Source: Macrostomum hystrix
Lineage: Eukaryota; Animalia; Platyhelminthes
Reading direction: 5' to 3'
Length of the DNA stretch: 64,000 nucleotides
Assembly (NCBI GenBank): GCA_950097015.1
Contig: CATNEN010000025.1
Coordinates: forward strand, 1,860,001-1,924,000
In this document: one piece after another, positions 28,734 through 41,613 of the stretch
How positions within the stretch are numbered: the stretch's first letter is position 1
Layout of the letters: each line of letters starts with the position of its first letter
Notes under the pieces: generated by a model
Told to the model about the DNA's origin: nothing
Databases searched by the model: none
The model's input: the letters and a program-made list of their open reading frames with translations, nothing else
Position numbers and translations under genes: made by a program

Positions 28734-30438
28734 ATGGCCAATCGAACTGTAAAGGACGCTCACACTGTGCACGGCACAAATCCCCAGTACCTAGTCGAGA
28801 AGATTATTCGGTCGCGCATCTATGAATGCCGCTACTGGAAGGAGGAGTGCTTCGCCGTCAATGAGGAGCTGCTGGTTGAACGCGCCGTTGCACTAAAGTA
28901 CATCGGCGGTGTGCACAGCGGCAACATCAAGCCGACGCCGTTTCTTTGCCTTATATTGAAGATGCTGCAAATCCAGCCAGCCAAAGATATCATTATTGAG
29001 TTCATCCGGCAGAAGGATCACAAATACGCGCGTGCCCTGGGCATGTTCTACCTGCGTCTAACCCAGGACTCGCTAGAGTGCTACCGCTACCTGGAACCGC
29101 TCTACAACGACTATCGCAAACTGAAGCGCATCGACCGGCAGGGCGCCTTCTCTGTCATCCACATGGACGAGTTTGTTGACGAACTGCTGCGCGAGGAGCG
29201 CTCCTGCGATGTCATCCTGCCGCGTCTGCAAAAGCGTCAAGTACTCGAAGAGGAAAGCGACCTGGAGCCGCGCGTCTCGCTGTTGGACGAAGAGCTGCAA
29301 GATGTTCGCCTAGATGATGCTGCCGCTGCGGTAGCCGGCGTTGACAGTGACGAAAGCGATGATGACGATAACCGGGACCGTAGATCGCATTCTGATAGTC
29401 CGCCGAGGCGTCGTAGCAGCGTTTCTCCGCCTGCCCCGCTGCCGTCCTCGGCGTCGCGTCATCCGAATCGGCACCGGCGGAGGTCCCGGACTCGAAGTCG
29501 GTCCCGATCTAGGTCGCCGCCGCCGCCGCATCAGCAACAGCGCGATAGGCGGCGCAGGTCAAGGTGAGAGAAATTCGGTTCGGGTTTTGGTTTGGTTTGC
29601 AGTATGTGTGTGTGTGTGCGTATCGCGGCACCAGGTAAGAGCGCTTCAATGAAACGGATGACGTCGGTTGGAGCCCAGAGGTCGCGGATGGTGAGGGGAA
29701 GCCGGCCTCGTGGGGCGATCAAAGAGGTGGTGTGTGGACTCACCATAGGCAGAGCACAAGGCAGGAACGTTTGAGTCGAGCTTGTGCCGGTACCTCGCGA
29801 GGAGACGGCAGTGGCCAGACCGGAGCTGTGCAGGCGTGGTGCGTTGCCAGCGATTGAGGACTTGTTACGACAGACGGATGGCAGGCGGCGTACTGCCGAG
29901 GACAGGGTTGGGCGGAATGAGAGCGAGGTGATGACGGACGCATGCAGTATGAATGGCTGTGAGGTGCTGGCGCAAGGAGCTCTGTATGGTCTATGGGGTT
30001 TGAGGAGAGGAGGTGTCTAACAATGGGCAGAATTTCCTTTTGTAAATCATTAGAGTTATGTAAGTGATGTTTTTTTCTACCTGTGTGCCAATTTCCACCA
30101 GTCGCTGAATCGCGCATTCCAGGTCGCGCTCCAAGTCCAAGTCCAGGTCGCGATCGCCAGCTGAACGACGTCGTAGAACTGGCGGCGGTACCGGCGACAG
30201 CGAGGCGAAGAAGAAGCGCAAGAAGGACAAGAAGGACCGCTCCGCCAAGGCTGAGCAGCGCAGCAAGGACAGGGACAAGCAGCGGGACAAGGATCGCAGC
30301 GAGAGAAAGCGGCCCCGTCAGGATCCAGACGATCGCGGTCGGGATCGGGAGCAGAGGAATCGCAACAGGGAAGAGGAGGAGATCCGGGAGGCCAACAAGC
30401 TGCGCGCCGAGCTGGGCATTCCGCTGCTCAAGCCGTGA
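28734..30438 (+). CDS. PRPF38A: Pre-mRNA splicing factor 38A (Prp38) with RS-rich tail
   Basis: join(28734..29563,30123..30438), phase 2. N-terminus MANRTVKDAHTVHGTNPQYLVEKIIRSRIYECRYWKEECF; C-terminus EIREANKLRAELGIPLLKP*. Confidence 0.93.
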
Positions 30439-30739
30439 CAAAATGCTTTTAGACACAAATTTTGCCTAGTAACTAATCAATTTGTGCTCCGGCTTCTTGC
30501 GTTTAAAATGTCGCTATAAATTTATCTAAGTTATGTGCTTGCGTGTAAAAACTAATAAAATATCTGTGCATTTCAACTTGGGCGACCAAATATTAACTTT
30601 CAGATATTTTCAAGTGTTCCATGGTTCTTTCATTATCATCGTCGATAAATCAAAGCCGTTTTTAGAGACAATGTCAATTGTCAATCGCCTAGCCTTGAAA
30701 ATATTTAGTCTGCGCAGAAAGTAAAAGAACCGTACCGTT

Positions 30740-31052
30740 GCAGGAGGGCTGCGGGCAGTGGAACATCATTTGGTGACACTAGATCCGCAGCCAGCGAGGA
30801 GGCAGTTCTGCCAATTTCGCTGATTCCTGAGCACACACGCACACAGTTACCGTACGCAGGCATACGCTCACACAGGTGTGTACATCTGCAATGGAGGTTC
30901 AAGGGCGTAAATTGCACGACAAGCCCCAAGCCTTCTCTCCGCGGCTGCGCCCCAATTCAATGTGGCCTCGCCGTGGAATCGGCGAGAACTTAGGGACCTT
31001 GGTGCGAGAGGCAAACGCGTTAACCGCTCTGCCACCGACCCCCAAGCTCGAA
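30740..31052 (-). mobile_element. SINE family 2 copy
   Basis: Reverse complement of 8023-8340. Confidence 0.78.
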
Positions 31053-31565
31053 CCTAACCAACGGTTCTACTTGAATCGTGCTAATTATGAATTGTAGCTC
31101 GTATTATGATCGTGCTAATGTAAAAAAACAATTGAACTCGACTTAAAATCTACTTTAACAACAAAAAGCATGGCAGCGTCCATAGATACTCTTGTTTGAG
31201 ATTGGCTAGTAAACTGGCATTGGCTTCTCTGACAGTTATTCAGTGAATTCAATCGACTGATGAGGAGACAGCTTCCATCCTGATTGGCAGACCATATACT
31301 TATTTAGACATGTAAGAATCCACTGCAAAGCTATCTGACATCAGCCTCCCACCTTAGGCGATAGCGAATCAAATTCCATTCATCAGAGCCAGGAAGACAG
31401 TTTATTGTTTGGTTCGCAGCGCGTTTACACAAACAAGACTACATAAGCCGTGACAACATTTATCACATCTTGAGAAGTCTGGCCTGCACAAATCGCGATA
31501 TTCTAAAACGCAATTTATTGTCAAAATTAAAAATGAGTCGTATTCAAAAACGGATTACGCATTAC

Positions 31566-32360
31566 ATGTTCCTGCTGCTTCCCAATTTTCTACTCGGTTA
31601 TCATGGTGCCTTTACACAGAGACGTTTCTCCGCTGACTCCAACTGCAGAGTCTCATTCCACCCGGTGACCGCTCTGAGCTGTGTGAGAAGCGACTTCGTG
31701 CGAACTCACTCTCAGGCTGCGTCTCTGTTGGAGTGCTCGCTGCTGTGTGCAAAGACTGCTCACTGCCAGGCTCTCAGCATGTCCGATGGTCCGTGCAAGC
31801 TGTTCGTGTTCCACAGGTGCAGCAAGAACGTGAGAGACTGCAGCTGCACTCGCACAGCTCAGGTGTTTGTGAGACAGCAGTCGGGACTGCCACCCGGAGC
31901 TCTGTGTCCTGCTGGCTACGCTGACGACCTGTGCGGCACCAAGTACAAGTTCATGAGCTGTGCGAAAAACTGGACAAAGTGCAAGGAAATGTGCGATGCG
32001 GAGTCAGGACTCGTCATCATGGCTGACGTGATGGACAGCACCGAGCTGGTCAGAGTGGGACAGCTGGTTGACAGCAAGTTGTCAAGCATGTCTGGCTCCG
32101 GCTTTGCTTCGATTTACGTTGGCGGTCGGCAGCTTCCGGGCAGTCAGGAGCCATCGGGAGGCTGGCAGTGGGCCAGCTGCGGTCTGAACATCTCTGCCAG
32201 CCTGTGGGGCAGCGATGAGCCCAACAACGGTGGAAGTGCAACAGCTGGAGTTGAAGACGCAGCAGCTGTTGACAAAAGCAATAAATTACTTGACGTACCC
32301 GTTAAAAACTACAATTTGGCAGGTGGAGGCTACTGCGAGTGCGTGTCACCGTTTGATTGA
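31566..32360 (+). CDS. Secreted PAN/apple-like + C-type lectin domain protein, copy A (intact, intronless)
   Basis: Hydrophobic leader MFLLLPNFLLGYHGA (an alternative ATG at 31533 is in frame); PAN-like SCVRSDF..ECSLLCAKTAHCQAL...CKLF; CTLD CPAGY..C..KYKF..W..CKEMC..L..IYVGG..WQW..W..EPNN..ED..YCEC. Confidence 0.82.
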   Translation: MFLLLPNFLLGYHGAFTQRRFSADSNCRVSFHPVTALSCVRSDFVRTHSQAASLLECSLLCAKTAHCQALSMSDGPCKLFVFHRCSKNVRDCSCTRTAQVFVRQQSGLPPGALCPAGYADDLCGTKYKFMSCAKNWTKCKEMCDAESGLVIMADVMDSTELVRVGQLVDSKLSSMSGSGFASIYVGGRQLPGSQEPSGGWQWASCGLNISASLWGSDEPNNGGSATAGVEDAAAVDKSNKLLDVPVKNYNLAGGGYCECVSPFD

Positions 32361-33645
32361 CGTTGTCATTTCTGCATTTGTGCATGCAGGTCCAATCTTA
32401 AGACTGCTGGAGTGTTAGCAGTTGAATAAATAAATACACACTCTGTTGCCCCTATGCCCACTTATTAGCTTCTTTTACTTTCCAACATACCTTTTAAAAA
32501 AACTCGCTTTGAGATGCACTCAGGCACAGTTGCTGCATATTTTTTGTTGCTTCTCGAATCTTGTCAGTTTTCCTGCTACATTCATGCTGTATGTTCTTCA
32601 CTGCAATAATTTACTGAACATACCTGTTATTAGGTTGCCTTAAATTAAAAATGCTGGTTTAGTAGCTCGTAGTTTTCACAGAACTTGTATTAAAAATGTA
32701 ACAGTTTTTCAAATAAAGCTTCTTATCAACTGCTGGCGATAATTTTATCAAAACTAATTGCTTTTTCACTCGTAGAATCTTTTGGAAAACCAAGATTTTC
32801 AAATGCAGTCTTTGTTCTCAGCTGTAGACGTCTTTTATTTTAAATTTAAATAAACGAAATATTCTTAGCAACAGTCAAGTGACACCCCTGTCGCGAGGCG
32901 AAAACTTCTATGTCACTTGAGTCAGTCATCTCACCTGCTGCTTATCGGAGAGTATAGAACTGCTTGAAATTCAGCTTTTTTTGTAAATTGTCATGGGCGA
33001 CTCAAGTCATGGAAATTTTCACCCATTTTTGCTCGGTGCACACACTATAGGTAGTAGTCTACCTATAATTACGAGTGTGTTTTTCATTTCATATTTATTT
33101 GGTGTGATTCAACCCTTCATGGAAAATGAATCACTGCACGTGCGTTGAGTGTACATAAACCATAGTTTGGCCTTTCAAATTCAAGAGCAATTGCCTCTAA
33201 GAAAGAGACAATTGCGTCAAAATTGTATCGTTTAAACGACTCTAGTGTTGAACGAGTGCATAGAATGTACTTTTCGTAGAATCACATTTTTCATTTTGTT
33301 CACCAGCTGCACACAAAATATTGAGTAGAGGGCTCTGCAAAACAGACCTGCGATATCAGTGAATCCATCAGCCTGAAGCTCGCAATTAAAGACTCGGACC
33401 TGCAAAGTGCTGTCAACGTGCCATTCACCTGGAGTACCATCGTGTCTTTCAATAGCTGTAAGCTAGCCTGGTTACAAGCTATCTAAGGTAGTTTCTATTC
33501 TGAATTACCTATGTAGACTAAATGACAGGTAAAAATTCCGTTTTTTATATGAAACTGAAAACGGAGTGGACAGTTGAAAAAAAATATGGACGCCGCGGCT
33601 GTCTGCCTGCTGTCAGCTGTCAAGCATTAATAATAAAAAAGCCAC

Positions 33646-34670
33646 GGGGTTATTTCAAACACTCATATTTTTCTGTATCTAACAACATTTTCAATCGATC
33701 GCCATAAAAATCCTTGATAAAATATTTCGCTCTGTGCAATGAAACAACTTCCGGAATCACGAAACATCGGCATCGTCGATACATTCAAGGATATATACTC
33801 AGCAACAGCTAAAACCCCCCAACTCACGCTGTCACACGGCCCAAAAGTTTTGTATGCCATCGGTGACTCAGAAATGTGTTACACTTCACGCCTGGGTTGG
33901 CATCGCACTGAATGGCAAAACAGAGCTTGTAATGTAACTGGGCAGACCTATGCAGAGCTGCTACAGCAGCAGTTTCTGCCATTTGCTACGAGAACCTTTG
34001 GCAGCCCGCAGAACTGCATGCTTCAAGACGACAACGCTGCGCCACATCGAGCAGCACACGTGCAGCTGCTGAATGAGCAGCTCGGCATTCGCACATTGAA
34101 CTGGCCGTCAAAGTCTCCAGACATGAACCCCATCGAGCATGTCTGGGACTTTGTAAAGCGAAGAGTTCAGCAGGATGCCCCACAGAATGCTGAACAGTTG
34201 CGACTGGCGGTGCTGAATGCCTGGCAGCAGCTGCCCCAAGAGTTCATCAACCGGCTGGTGATCAGGATGCCACGACGAGTCACGGCACTTTGGCATGCTC
34301 GTGGTTCCTACACATGATACTGAGACTAGAATTAAAGACATTGCTTAACTTTTGTGCCCGTGTGACAGCGTGAGTTTTGGGGGGGGGGGTTTAGCTGTTG
34401 CTGAGTATATTCAATTATTCGTAGGGGTGTCTGGTGGCAAAGCGACCAACAGATGTTTTCTGCTCACAAAAATCGCCATAGATGTTGATACAGAGCAATG
34501 CTAGTTGTCCTTGTCATCAGGGTCTCCGACAAGAATCGTTGAATATCTCGACGATGCTGACGTCGGACGGCATTGAAAGTTAGTTCATCGTCAAGGGGGG
34601 AAATGTTAATCCATTTAGGAAAATCAGTCATTCAGTTTGTGAGCTATCATGAAGTTGAGGGGAAAAATGG
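33646..34670 (-). mobile_element. GGGG(T)ATTTCAAA-family MITE split by a Tc1 insertion
   Basis: 33646-33795 and 34408-34670 match, in reverse complement, consecutive parts of 40052-40566. Confidence 0.7.
33796..34407 (+). mobile_element. Internally deleted Tc1-like (DD34E) transposon with TIRs
   Basis: About 65-bp TIRs (tactcagcaacagctaaaacccccc..ctcacgctgtcacacgg and its reverse complement), TA on both sides, and the transposase C-terminus QDDNAAPH...WPSKSPDMNPIEHVW with 34 residues between D and E. Confidence 0.9.
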
Positions 34671-35420
34671 CGTCGAAAAGACTGTGAGTAGCTAGTAGAC
34701 AATATCTGGTTATGATTAGATTCACTCGCCTTTTTTAATTATCTACCTCCTTTTGCAGAAATTAAGTTACAATTTTTAGGACTAGTGACCTGCTGTTATC
34801 AACGTGCTCAGAAAGTATTTCATTGTCGACCCGCAAGGTTCGTTTCATGTATAGTAGACTGCCAGTGAGATAGATACGAGTAGATAGCCGGCCTTGAGTT
34901 CCTGAGAAGAAAATTTACTACCAAAATCTTTTTTTCATATCGCCGCAGGTAGTAAAATAGCAAGTTTTCGAGCGTTAAAATTCTGCAGAGAGCCAACCTG
35001 ATAAGAAATTCTAGTGAGTTCTAGCCTTTAGGGCACTCAAGGTCGATCAGCGCGCCAATGCGTGACAATCAGGCACTGAGCGACTGCTATTGATTAGCCT
35101 CATGCACCTGGCATAGCTTCTGTGACCTAGATAAGGGCTTGGCAATCGCTGCTTTACTCTATCAAACTCCAAGGCGTTTGAGCAGGTGGATGTGATAGAG
35201 TTTCTCCGATTCCGAGTCACGTGCCCTCAGGTTGGTCTCCTTACGAGTGAAAAATGCAGCCAAGGCAGTTCGATAAGACTTGTCACAGACTTGTCCACCC
35301 ACCACCCCCTCCTTCGACTGTCTACTTCTCTGTCCCTGCCTCCGTTTCGCAGGGTTGTTCCGCGCGTCTCACACAGCGCTTCTTCCGCCTCTAGCGCCGC
35401 GGTGCCCGCAGAACAGCCCG

Positions 35421-37591
35421 ATGTCCGACAGCAACAGCGAGAAGGCCCCCATCGTGGGTCCCAGCACCTGCGTCAGCTACACGCAAACCGAAGAGAGCTC
35501 GTTCGTCATCAATGACGCTGGCGCGGGCCCCAGCGGCCGCGGACGCGCCGGCACCGGGCCCTATCTGACCACGGTGCGCGAGGACGAAGAGCTGATGGAG
35601 GTCTCCAGCGAGCAGTTCAGCGGCAGCGGCGCACAAGGAACTAGACATCACAGGACGCCATCGTCAGCTGCTGGGCTGCGGCCGCGCACGCGAACAATGT
35701 CCAACCGGTTCATGTCCAGCGTCCAGAAGATTCGCAGCTGTACTCAGCAGTCGATCCACGAGGTGCCCTGCGAGGATCGCAATAATTCCGCCTTCGCCGC
35801 TGGATTCAATGTCACCAACCTCGTGCAGGGCATCGGTATCATGGGCGTGCCCTACGCGGTGAGTCGCGGCAGCTGGGCTTCTATTGGTGTCATCTGCGTG
35901 GTAGCTGCGCTGTGCTGCTACACCGGTTGTCTGCTAGTGGACTGCCTCTACACCGGGTGTCCACGCACCGGTCGCAGGGTCCGCTACCTGAAATCCTATC
36001 CCGACGTTGGCGCGATGGTGTGGCCTCGATTCGGGCGTCGAGCCGTCACCATCGTCTCCGTAGTAGAGATGTTTGGCGGCATGTGCCTGTACATCATCCT
36101 GCTGGCCAGCACTAGCTCCGCTCTGATGAAAGATCGAGTACCGTCACTCAACATATACCACTGGAGCTGCATCAGCACTTACGCAACCCTACCGCTTACG
36201 TTCATCTCGCGGATGTCGTTCATCTCGTGGTTCAGTATGCTAGCCGTGGTTAGCCTAATGTCAAGCATCGCGTCGGTTATCGTCTTCTGCTTTCTGCACT
36301 TTGATCAGCTCGCGCTGGCCAACATGCCGGGCTTCGATCCCACCAGCTTTCCTGTGAGCTTCGGCATCATCGTGTTCTCCTACTGCGCCCACGCCGTGTT
36401 TCCTGGAATCGAAGAGTGCATGCGGCGGCCGTCTAGCTACCCGGCCATGCTCAGCGTGGCCTTCAGTGTGGCCGCCATTGTCAAGACTGTCATGGGTGTC
36501 ATGGCGGTGCTCATCTTCGGCCTGGGAACTGAGCAGGAGTTTGGGCGCAACCTGGAGATCGACGAGAATTTCAGCTTCATCTCGAATTCGCTCATCTTTG
36601 TCAACGTCTTCTTTAGGTTTGTTGACCTCTCCGAAATTCTATAATAGTAATATTGATGTCCTTGGCAATCAGTTGGGGTCAACTGTCTTGTTGAGTCTGT
36701 CCTCTGCCTCTCATTCTCAATGTGGCCCTAAGGTGTGTAAATTGCGCGACAAGCCCCCAAGCAGCAGTTTCGAGCTCAGGACCTCAGTGCGAGAGACAGA
36801 CGCGAGAGACAAAATAAGGGATGAACGAATAATTTTACAATAGTTGATTACACCTGCCCCAGGTGTAATCGGGCCAGATGTGCAGCCGACAGCACAGCCG
36901 CAGCTATTGCGCAGCGCATCTGAAGGCTGCGTACGGCTGTTCAGTCCATGGACTGGGGGGACGCCACACCCGCCCTCAACTAACCCAGCTAATGCTGGTA
37001 CCGATTTAATAGCTGGGTGAACTGAAACAATGCAGAGTTAAGTATCTTGCTGAAGGACACAAATAGTTCCAGTGGAGTCGGGAATCGAACCCCCGACATT
37101 CAAGTCGTGAGTCCAACGCTCTAACCACAAGGCTACAACCTCCTGCTTATATGAAGCAGGTTTTCAAACGAATAAATGATAATATTTATTGCACCCACCC
37201 ACTTGCCTGACCCAGCATGCCTCTCGTCATCTACGTGGTAGTCGAGCGCTTCGATGCGACTTTTCTTGGCGCCTTCCACCCAGCCTTCCACCGCAATGGC
37301 AGCCTGCACTGGCTGTGGATATTCCTAACCCGGTCCCTGGTGATGACCGCCGGCCTGTTCGTGTCCATGTTGGTGCCGCACTTCGCCCTTCTCATGGGCC
37401 TAGTTGGCTCCTTCACTGGCACATGTCTCTGTTTCGTCTTCCCGGCTTGGTTCCACCTAGTGCTGAAGCGGAAACAGCTCAACGGCTTCGGCGTGTTTGT
37501 GCGCGTCTGCATCATCGTGTTCGGAGCTGCTAGCGGCGCCATCGGCATCTTCTTCTCGGCGACAGAGCTCAAGAGGAAACTGGTGAAGTGA
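35421..37591 (+). CDS. SLC32A1: Vesicular inhibitory amino acid transporter-like (VIAAT/VGAT, SLC32 / Aa_trans family)
   Basis: join(35421..36616,37216..37591), phase 2. AGFNVTNLVQGIGIMGVPYA..CCYTGCLLVDCLY; FPVSFGIIVFSYCAH.VFP.IE..M..PS; VPHFALLMGLVGSFTGT.LCFVFPA.FHL. Confidence 0.85.
36850..37142 (-). mobile_element. SINE family 1, full-length copy in the VIAAT intron
   Basis: Reverse complement of head, central block and 3' block. Confidence 0.88.
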
Positions 37592-38214
37592 GAACTGCTG
37601 CCTCGACTTCTAGTAGATTGTGAACTAGTTCTTATCGGACAAATTCAGGTGTAAAAATTGGACCTATCTAGATTCGCTGGAAGGGCAGTCAGAAGTTCAT
37701 TGAATAAAAGACACTTCTAAATATCTTCCAGAAAATATTATTCAACATTAAATGACTCCAATTTTAACCATGCAATTCATTATTATTGAAGTCTTGCTTT
37801 GTCAGACTTTTTAGCATTCACTAGTACAGCGTATTGCTAACTAAATATACTCAGAATATCCTTGTGTGACTCTTATCAAAATTGTCCGAAACTGAAAAAT
37901 ATCATTTAAACGGCATTTTCAACTAATAATACAAGTTTTCTACATTATACGGTAATAAAAAATACTTAAAAGCGATACGCTAAATAATTAAATAGATAGA
38001 CGAATAAAGGAATGACACATTTTTTTATATGTGCGTATATAAACCTACCAAGGGCTGTACACTGCTGTTCAGTCCATGGACAGGGGAGGACGCCACACCC
38101 AGCCTAAATAGTGTTGAACCATTCAAGAATCAGAAGTAGTCAAATGCTTGAACAGTAGAATGACAACGGCCGGTGTTTCAAATGCACACATTTTTATTTC
38201 TTCTGTTCAGTGCC

Positions 38215-38641
38215 CCCAGTATGAAAACCCGGGCTAGACTTTTCCACTCTATCCGATGAAACAACTTCCAGATCACAAAACATCGGCATCGTCAAGATAT
38301 TCAACAGTTCTTGTACGGCGTGTCTGGTGGCAAGAACAATGTAGGCATGATTTTTCTGCTTAAACATTTCATCATGTAACCATGTCGGCCATGAATGCTG
38401 ATTGTATTTTATTAGTATGGATTCGCCATACGGTTCATACAGAGCAATGCTGGCTGTCCTTGTCATCAGAGTCTTCGACAAGAATCGCTGAATATCTCGA
38501 CGATGCTGACATCGGCTGGCTTCGAAAATAAGTTCATCGTAAAGGGCGGAAAATTTGATCCAATCGGTGGACTTTCACGGAATTCGGTCATTCGCTTTGG
38601 AGCTATCGTGAAGTGGGCTTTGGGTATTTGAAACAGCCCCC
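38215..38641 (-). mobile_element. GGGG(T)ATTTCAAA-family MITE copy
   Basis: Reverse-complement similarity to 40052-40566. Confidence 0.75.
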
Positions 38642-38887
38642 TATCCCCCAGGGGAGAAAATAGCCTGCTCTTTCTACTGTAAAAGGCTCATTTTCACTGC
38701 CACCAAGCGAGTCCGGAACACACAATTGAACATTGTTTTATTCATTTTTGTTCGAACATCCTCAAAGAAATGTCCACATCTATGAGACATGCTGAATCGT
38801 AGAACAGCTAGCTGTTAACCGATGAACTTAAGCCGCTCTTATGTCCGAGGTTAAGCCGATAAAGCGAAAGAAATGATCTTTGCAGCT

Positions 38888-39652
38888 TCAAGCGAAAGGC
38901 GACAGGCACTCGCACAAGCCTCCCGCTGCCAAAGGGTTGTCAAGAGAAACGTCCATGAACTCGCTGGTGCGTGACACAACGAGTCGATCCTCGGAACCTC
39001 CTGAGTTGTTGGGCTCTCGGCTGCTCCACAGGCTGGCAGAGATGTTCAGACCGCAGCTGGCCCACTGCCAGCCTCCCGATGGCTCCTGACTGCCCGGAAG
39101 CTGCCAGCCATCCACAAAAGCTGAGTTGACGTAGGCTAAGTATGAGATCTGCCTGACAATCAACTCTTTCACATGGTTGAACTCGGTGCTGTCCATCACG
39201 TCAGCCATGATGACGAGTCCTGACTCCGCATCGCACATTTCCTTGCACTTTGTCCAGTTTCCCACACAGCTCATGAACTTGTACTTGGTGCCGCACAGGT
39301 CGTCAGCGTAGCCAGCAGGACACAGAGCTCCGGGCGGCAGTCCCGACTGCTGTCTCACAAACACCTGAGCTGTGCGAGTGCAGCTGCAGTCTCTCACGTT
39401 CTTGCTGCACCTGTGGAACACGAACAGCTTGCACGGACCATCGGACATGCTGAGAGCCTGGCAGTGAGCAGTCTTTGCACACAGCAGTGAGCACTCCAGC
39501 AGAGACGCAGCCTGAGAGTGAGTTCGCACGAAGTCACTTCTCACACAGCTCAGAGCGGTCACCGGGTGGAATGAGACCCTATTGCTGCAGCCACTGCTGC
39601 CATCGAGTCCAGTCGCAGTCAGTGCGAAAAGCAGGAAACTGCAGAGCTTCAT
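38888..39652 (-). CDS. Secreted PAN/apple-like + C-type lectin domain protein, copy B (intact, intronless)
   Basis: 254-aa ORF with leader MKLCSFLLFALTATG. The core is near-identical to copy A; the CTLD C-terminal half is divergent (REPNNSGGSEDRLVV..FMD). Confidence 0.85.
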   Translation of the reverse strand: MKLCSFLLFALTATGLDGSSGCSNRVSFHPVTALSCVRSDFVRTHSQAASLLECSLLCAKTAHCQALSMSDGPCKLFVFHRCSKNVRDCSCTRTAQVFVRQQSGLPPGALCPAGYADDLCGTKYKFMSCVGNWTKCKEMCDAESGLVIMADVMDSTEFNHVKELIVRQISYLAYVNSAFVDGWQLPGSQEPSGGWQWASCGLNISASLWSSREPNNSGGSEDRLVVSRTSEFMDVSLDNPLAAGGLCECLSPFA

Positions 39653-40051
39653 CTTTCTTAGCTACTTCAGGCCTGCGAGATTTGGAAAATAGCAGCAGTG
39701 TTTGTTGGCAGAAGAGCTTCCCTATCGATGCGCGATTTGAAATCTGCTTTTACTAAGCCAATCGATCGCTGTCTGTTAGCTGCCACCAATCGCTTACCAT
39801 GGCATTCAATGTTCATAACGATACCAGTCAACAGTTTTCATCCGGAGAAACGGTTTTATAAGTGTCTCTTGAGTTTCTTATTGCGAATGCCTGTCATCCT
39901 TATTTTTTGTTTGCTCACTACTCCAATTTGTTAAGCGCAACTCGTCATCTTGAGCCATCGCTAAGCAAAGTCTCTATAATCAAGAACTCGTATCAAGCTT
40001 TAGCAGTAGAAAGGCCTGCTATTTTTCCTCCTGGGCTCGACAGACCTGCAC

Positions 40052-40566
40052 GGGGATATTTCAAATACCAATTGCCTACATCACGATAGAATTTCGTGAA
40101 AGTACACAATTTCGATTAACATTTTCCGCCCTTTACGATGACCTAATTTTCGAAGCCGGCCGATGTCAGCATCGTCGAGATATTCAGCGAATTCTTGTTG
40201 AATTCCCTGGTGACAAGGACAACTAAGATTGCTCGGTAATAAACGTATGGCGAATTCATATTGGTTCAAAAATGAAAAAAGTTATAATTAAATCAATCCA
40301 AAATATAAACAATGATAGCCGACATGGTTACATGAGGAAATTTTGGGAGCAGAAAATATATACCTAGGTGGTCGGTGGTTTTTGCCACCAGACACTCCGA
40401 CAATAATCGTTGAATATCTCGACGATGCCGATGTTTCGTGATTCTGGAAGTTGCTTCATCGGACAGAGTGAAAAAATAAATCCCATTTTGTGGAGTTTCA
40501 TGGCGATTGGTTGAATATTTTGGTAGTTAGTGGAAAAAGGAAAAATGTTGCTATTTGAAATACCCC
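40052..40566 (+). mobile_element. About 515-bp unclassified MITE, TIR GGGG(A)TATTTCAAATA, with an internal inverted repeat
   Basis: ggggatatttcaaata ... tatttgaaatacccc; internal arms catcgtcgagatattca / tgaatatctcgacgatg; several further copies in the window. No TSD could be established. Confidence 0.75.
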
Positions 40567-40749
40567 TTACCCACTAGCAACTTACAAGTACATGAGAATA
40601 AGATAAGCCAACTAGTCGGGACGTACATTGGGGTAGAGAGTGAAAGGAGAGAGGGTGGTTCGCCAGCCAATAGCAAGAGAGGGGGAGAGAGACGGTTTAC
40701 CTAATATGAGCAATTCAACTTATTGTCAAGTTAGTGCCCTGGCACCATA

Positions 40750-40860
40750 GGAATTAAGTGTCTTGCTCGAGGACCCAAAATCCTACTCCTGGGCTGCAAT
40801 TCGAACTAGCGACCTCTCGTTCAAAAGTCCAAAGCTCTAACCACTTCATGGACTACAAGC
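40750..40860 (-). mobile_element. Degenerate SINE 5' half (tRNA head + central block)
   Basis: ttaagtgtcttgctcgaggac...ttcgaactagcgacc...ctctaaccact. Confidence 0.6.
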
Positions 40861-41613
40861 TCGCTTTTAAAATGGTAGTTTTTTGTGTAGACAACAAAAA
40901 ATGAAAAAGAATTGCACGGCATCAGGTGATTATCACAAAACTGACGCACCTTCTTTAGAGAAAACTAAAGAAAGTAGATAACTCAACATTGAAAAAACTG
41001 TTTTTGAGCCTGTCTCGTTTTATTTCATGTGTCTGTCAATGCGATTTTTCAATGCTAAAGCGGCTTTTGACTGGTTGACAGTGATGAGAGCTGCGACAGC
41101 GGGTTTGAGAGCAGCATGATACTAGATTAAAAAAAACAGAGCTACATGAAACACTGAAGTGTGGCTTATACAAGAAATTCGTTGAATTCTGTGCGTATGT
41201 TTACTAAATGTAAAAGAAAAGTATTTTTTAATACTTGCGCATGACTTTGGATTTACGTTCAGGCAGTCTAGAGGTGGCAAAATTTGGGCAATACCTTGAT
41301 ATGCTATGCAATGTACTGTATGCGGGATCTGGGGCTGTGCCACAAGCCATACTTCTGGCCACACTAACTTGGGTTTAATTTCTATCTGTCGATGTTGAAA
41401 GCATGCACAGTTAAACTAACCGAAAGCTTAAGGTTCTGAGCGTAGATATATAATTAATATGGCGCCCAAGTGCTTACAAGCTAAGGATTTACACTTTGCA
41501 ATGTGAAATTAAGCTGAAGATTCCATAAGCTTTTTAGAACCCCAAAAAGTGAACTCTGCATTGCTTCAGTTCACTCAGCTGTTAACGTGGATCCTTTAAC
41601 AGTGGAAAGGAAA

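Noticed and set aside
29740-30456. 238-aa minus-strand ORF and other antisense ORFs over GC-rich exons (e.g. 20256-20708, 15034-15465)
   Set aside because: Shadow frames of real plus-strand coding exons; no domain features.
33739-34317. A 192-aa single transposase gene
   Set aside because: The ORF is chimeric: its first ~60 codons run through a MITE and the Tc1 left TIR; only the C-terminal part is transposase.
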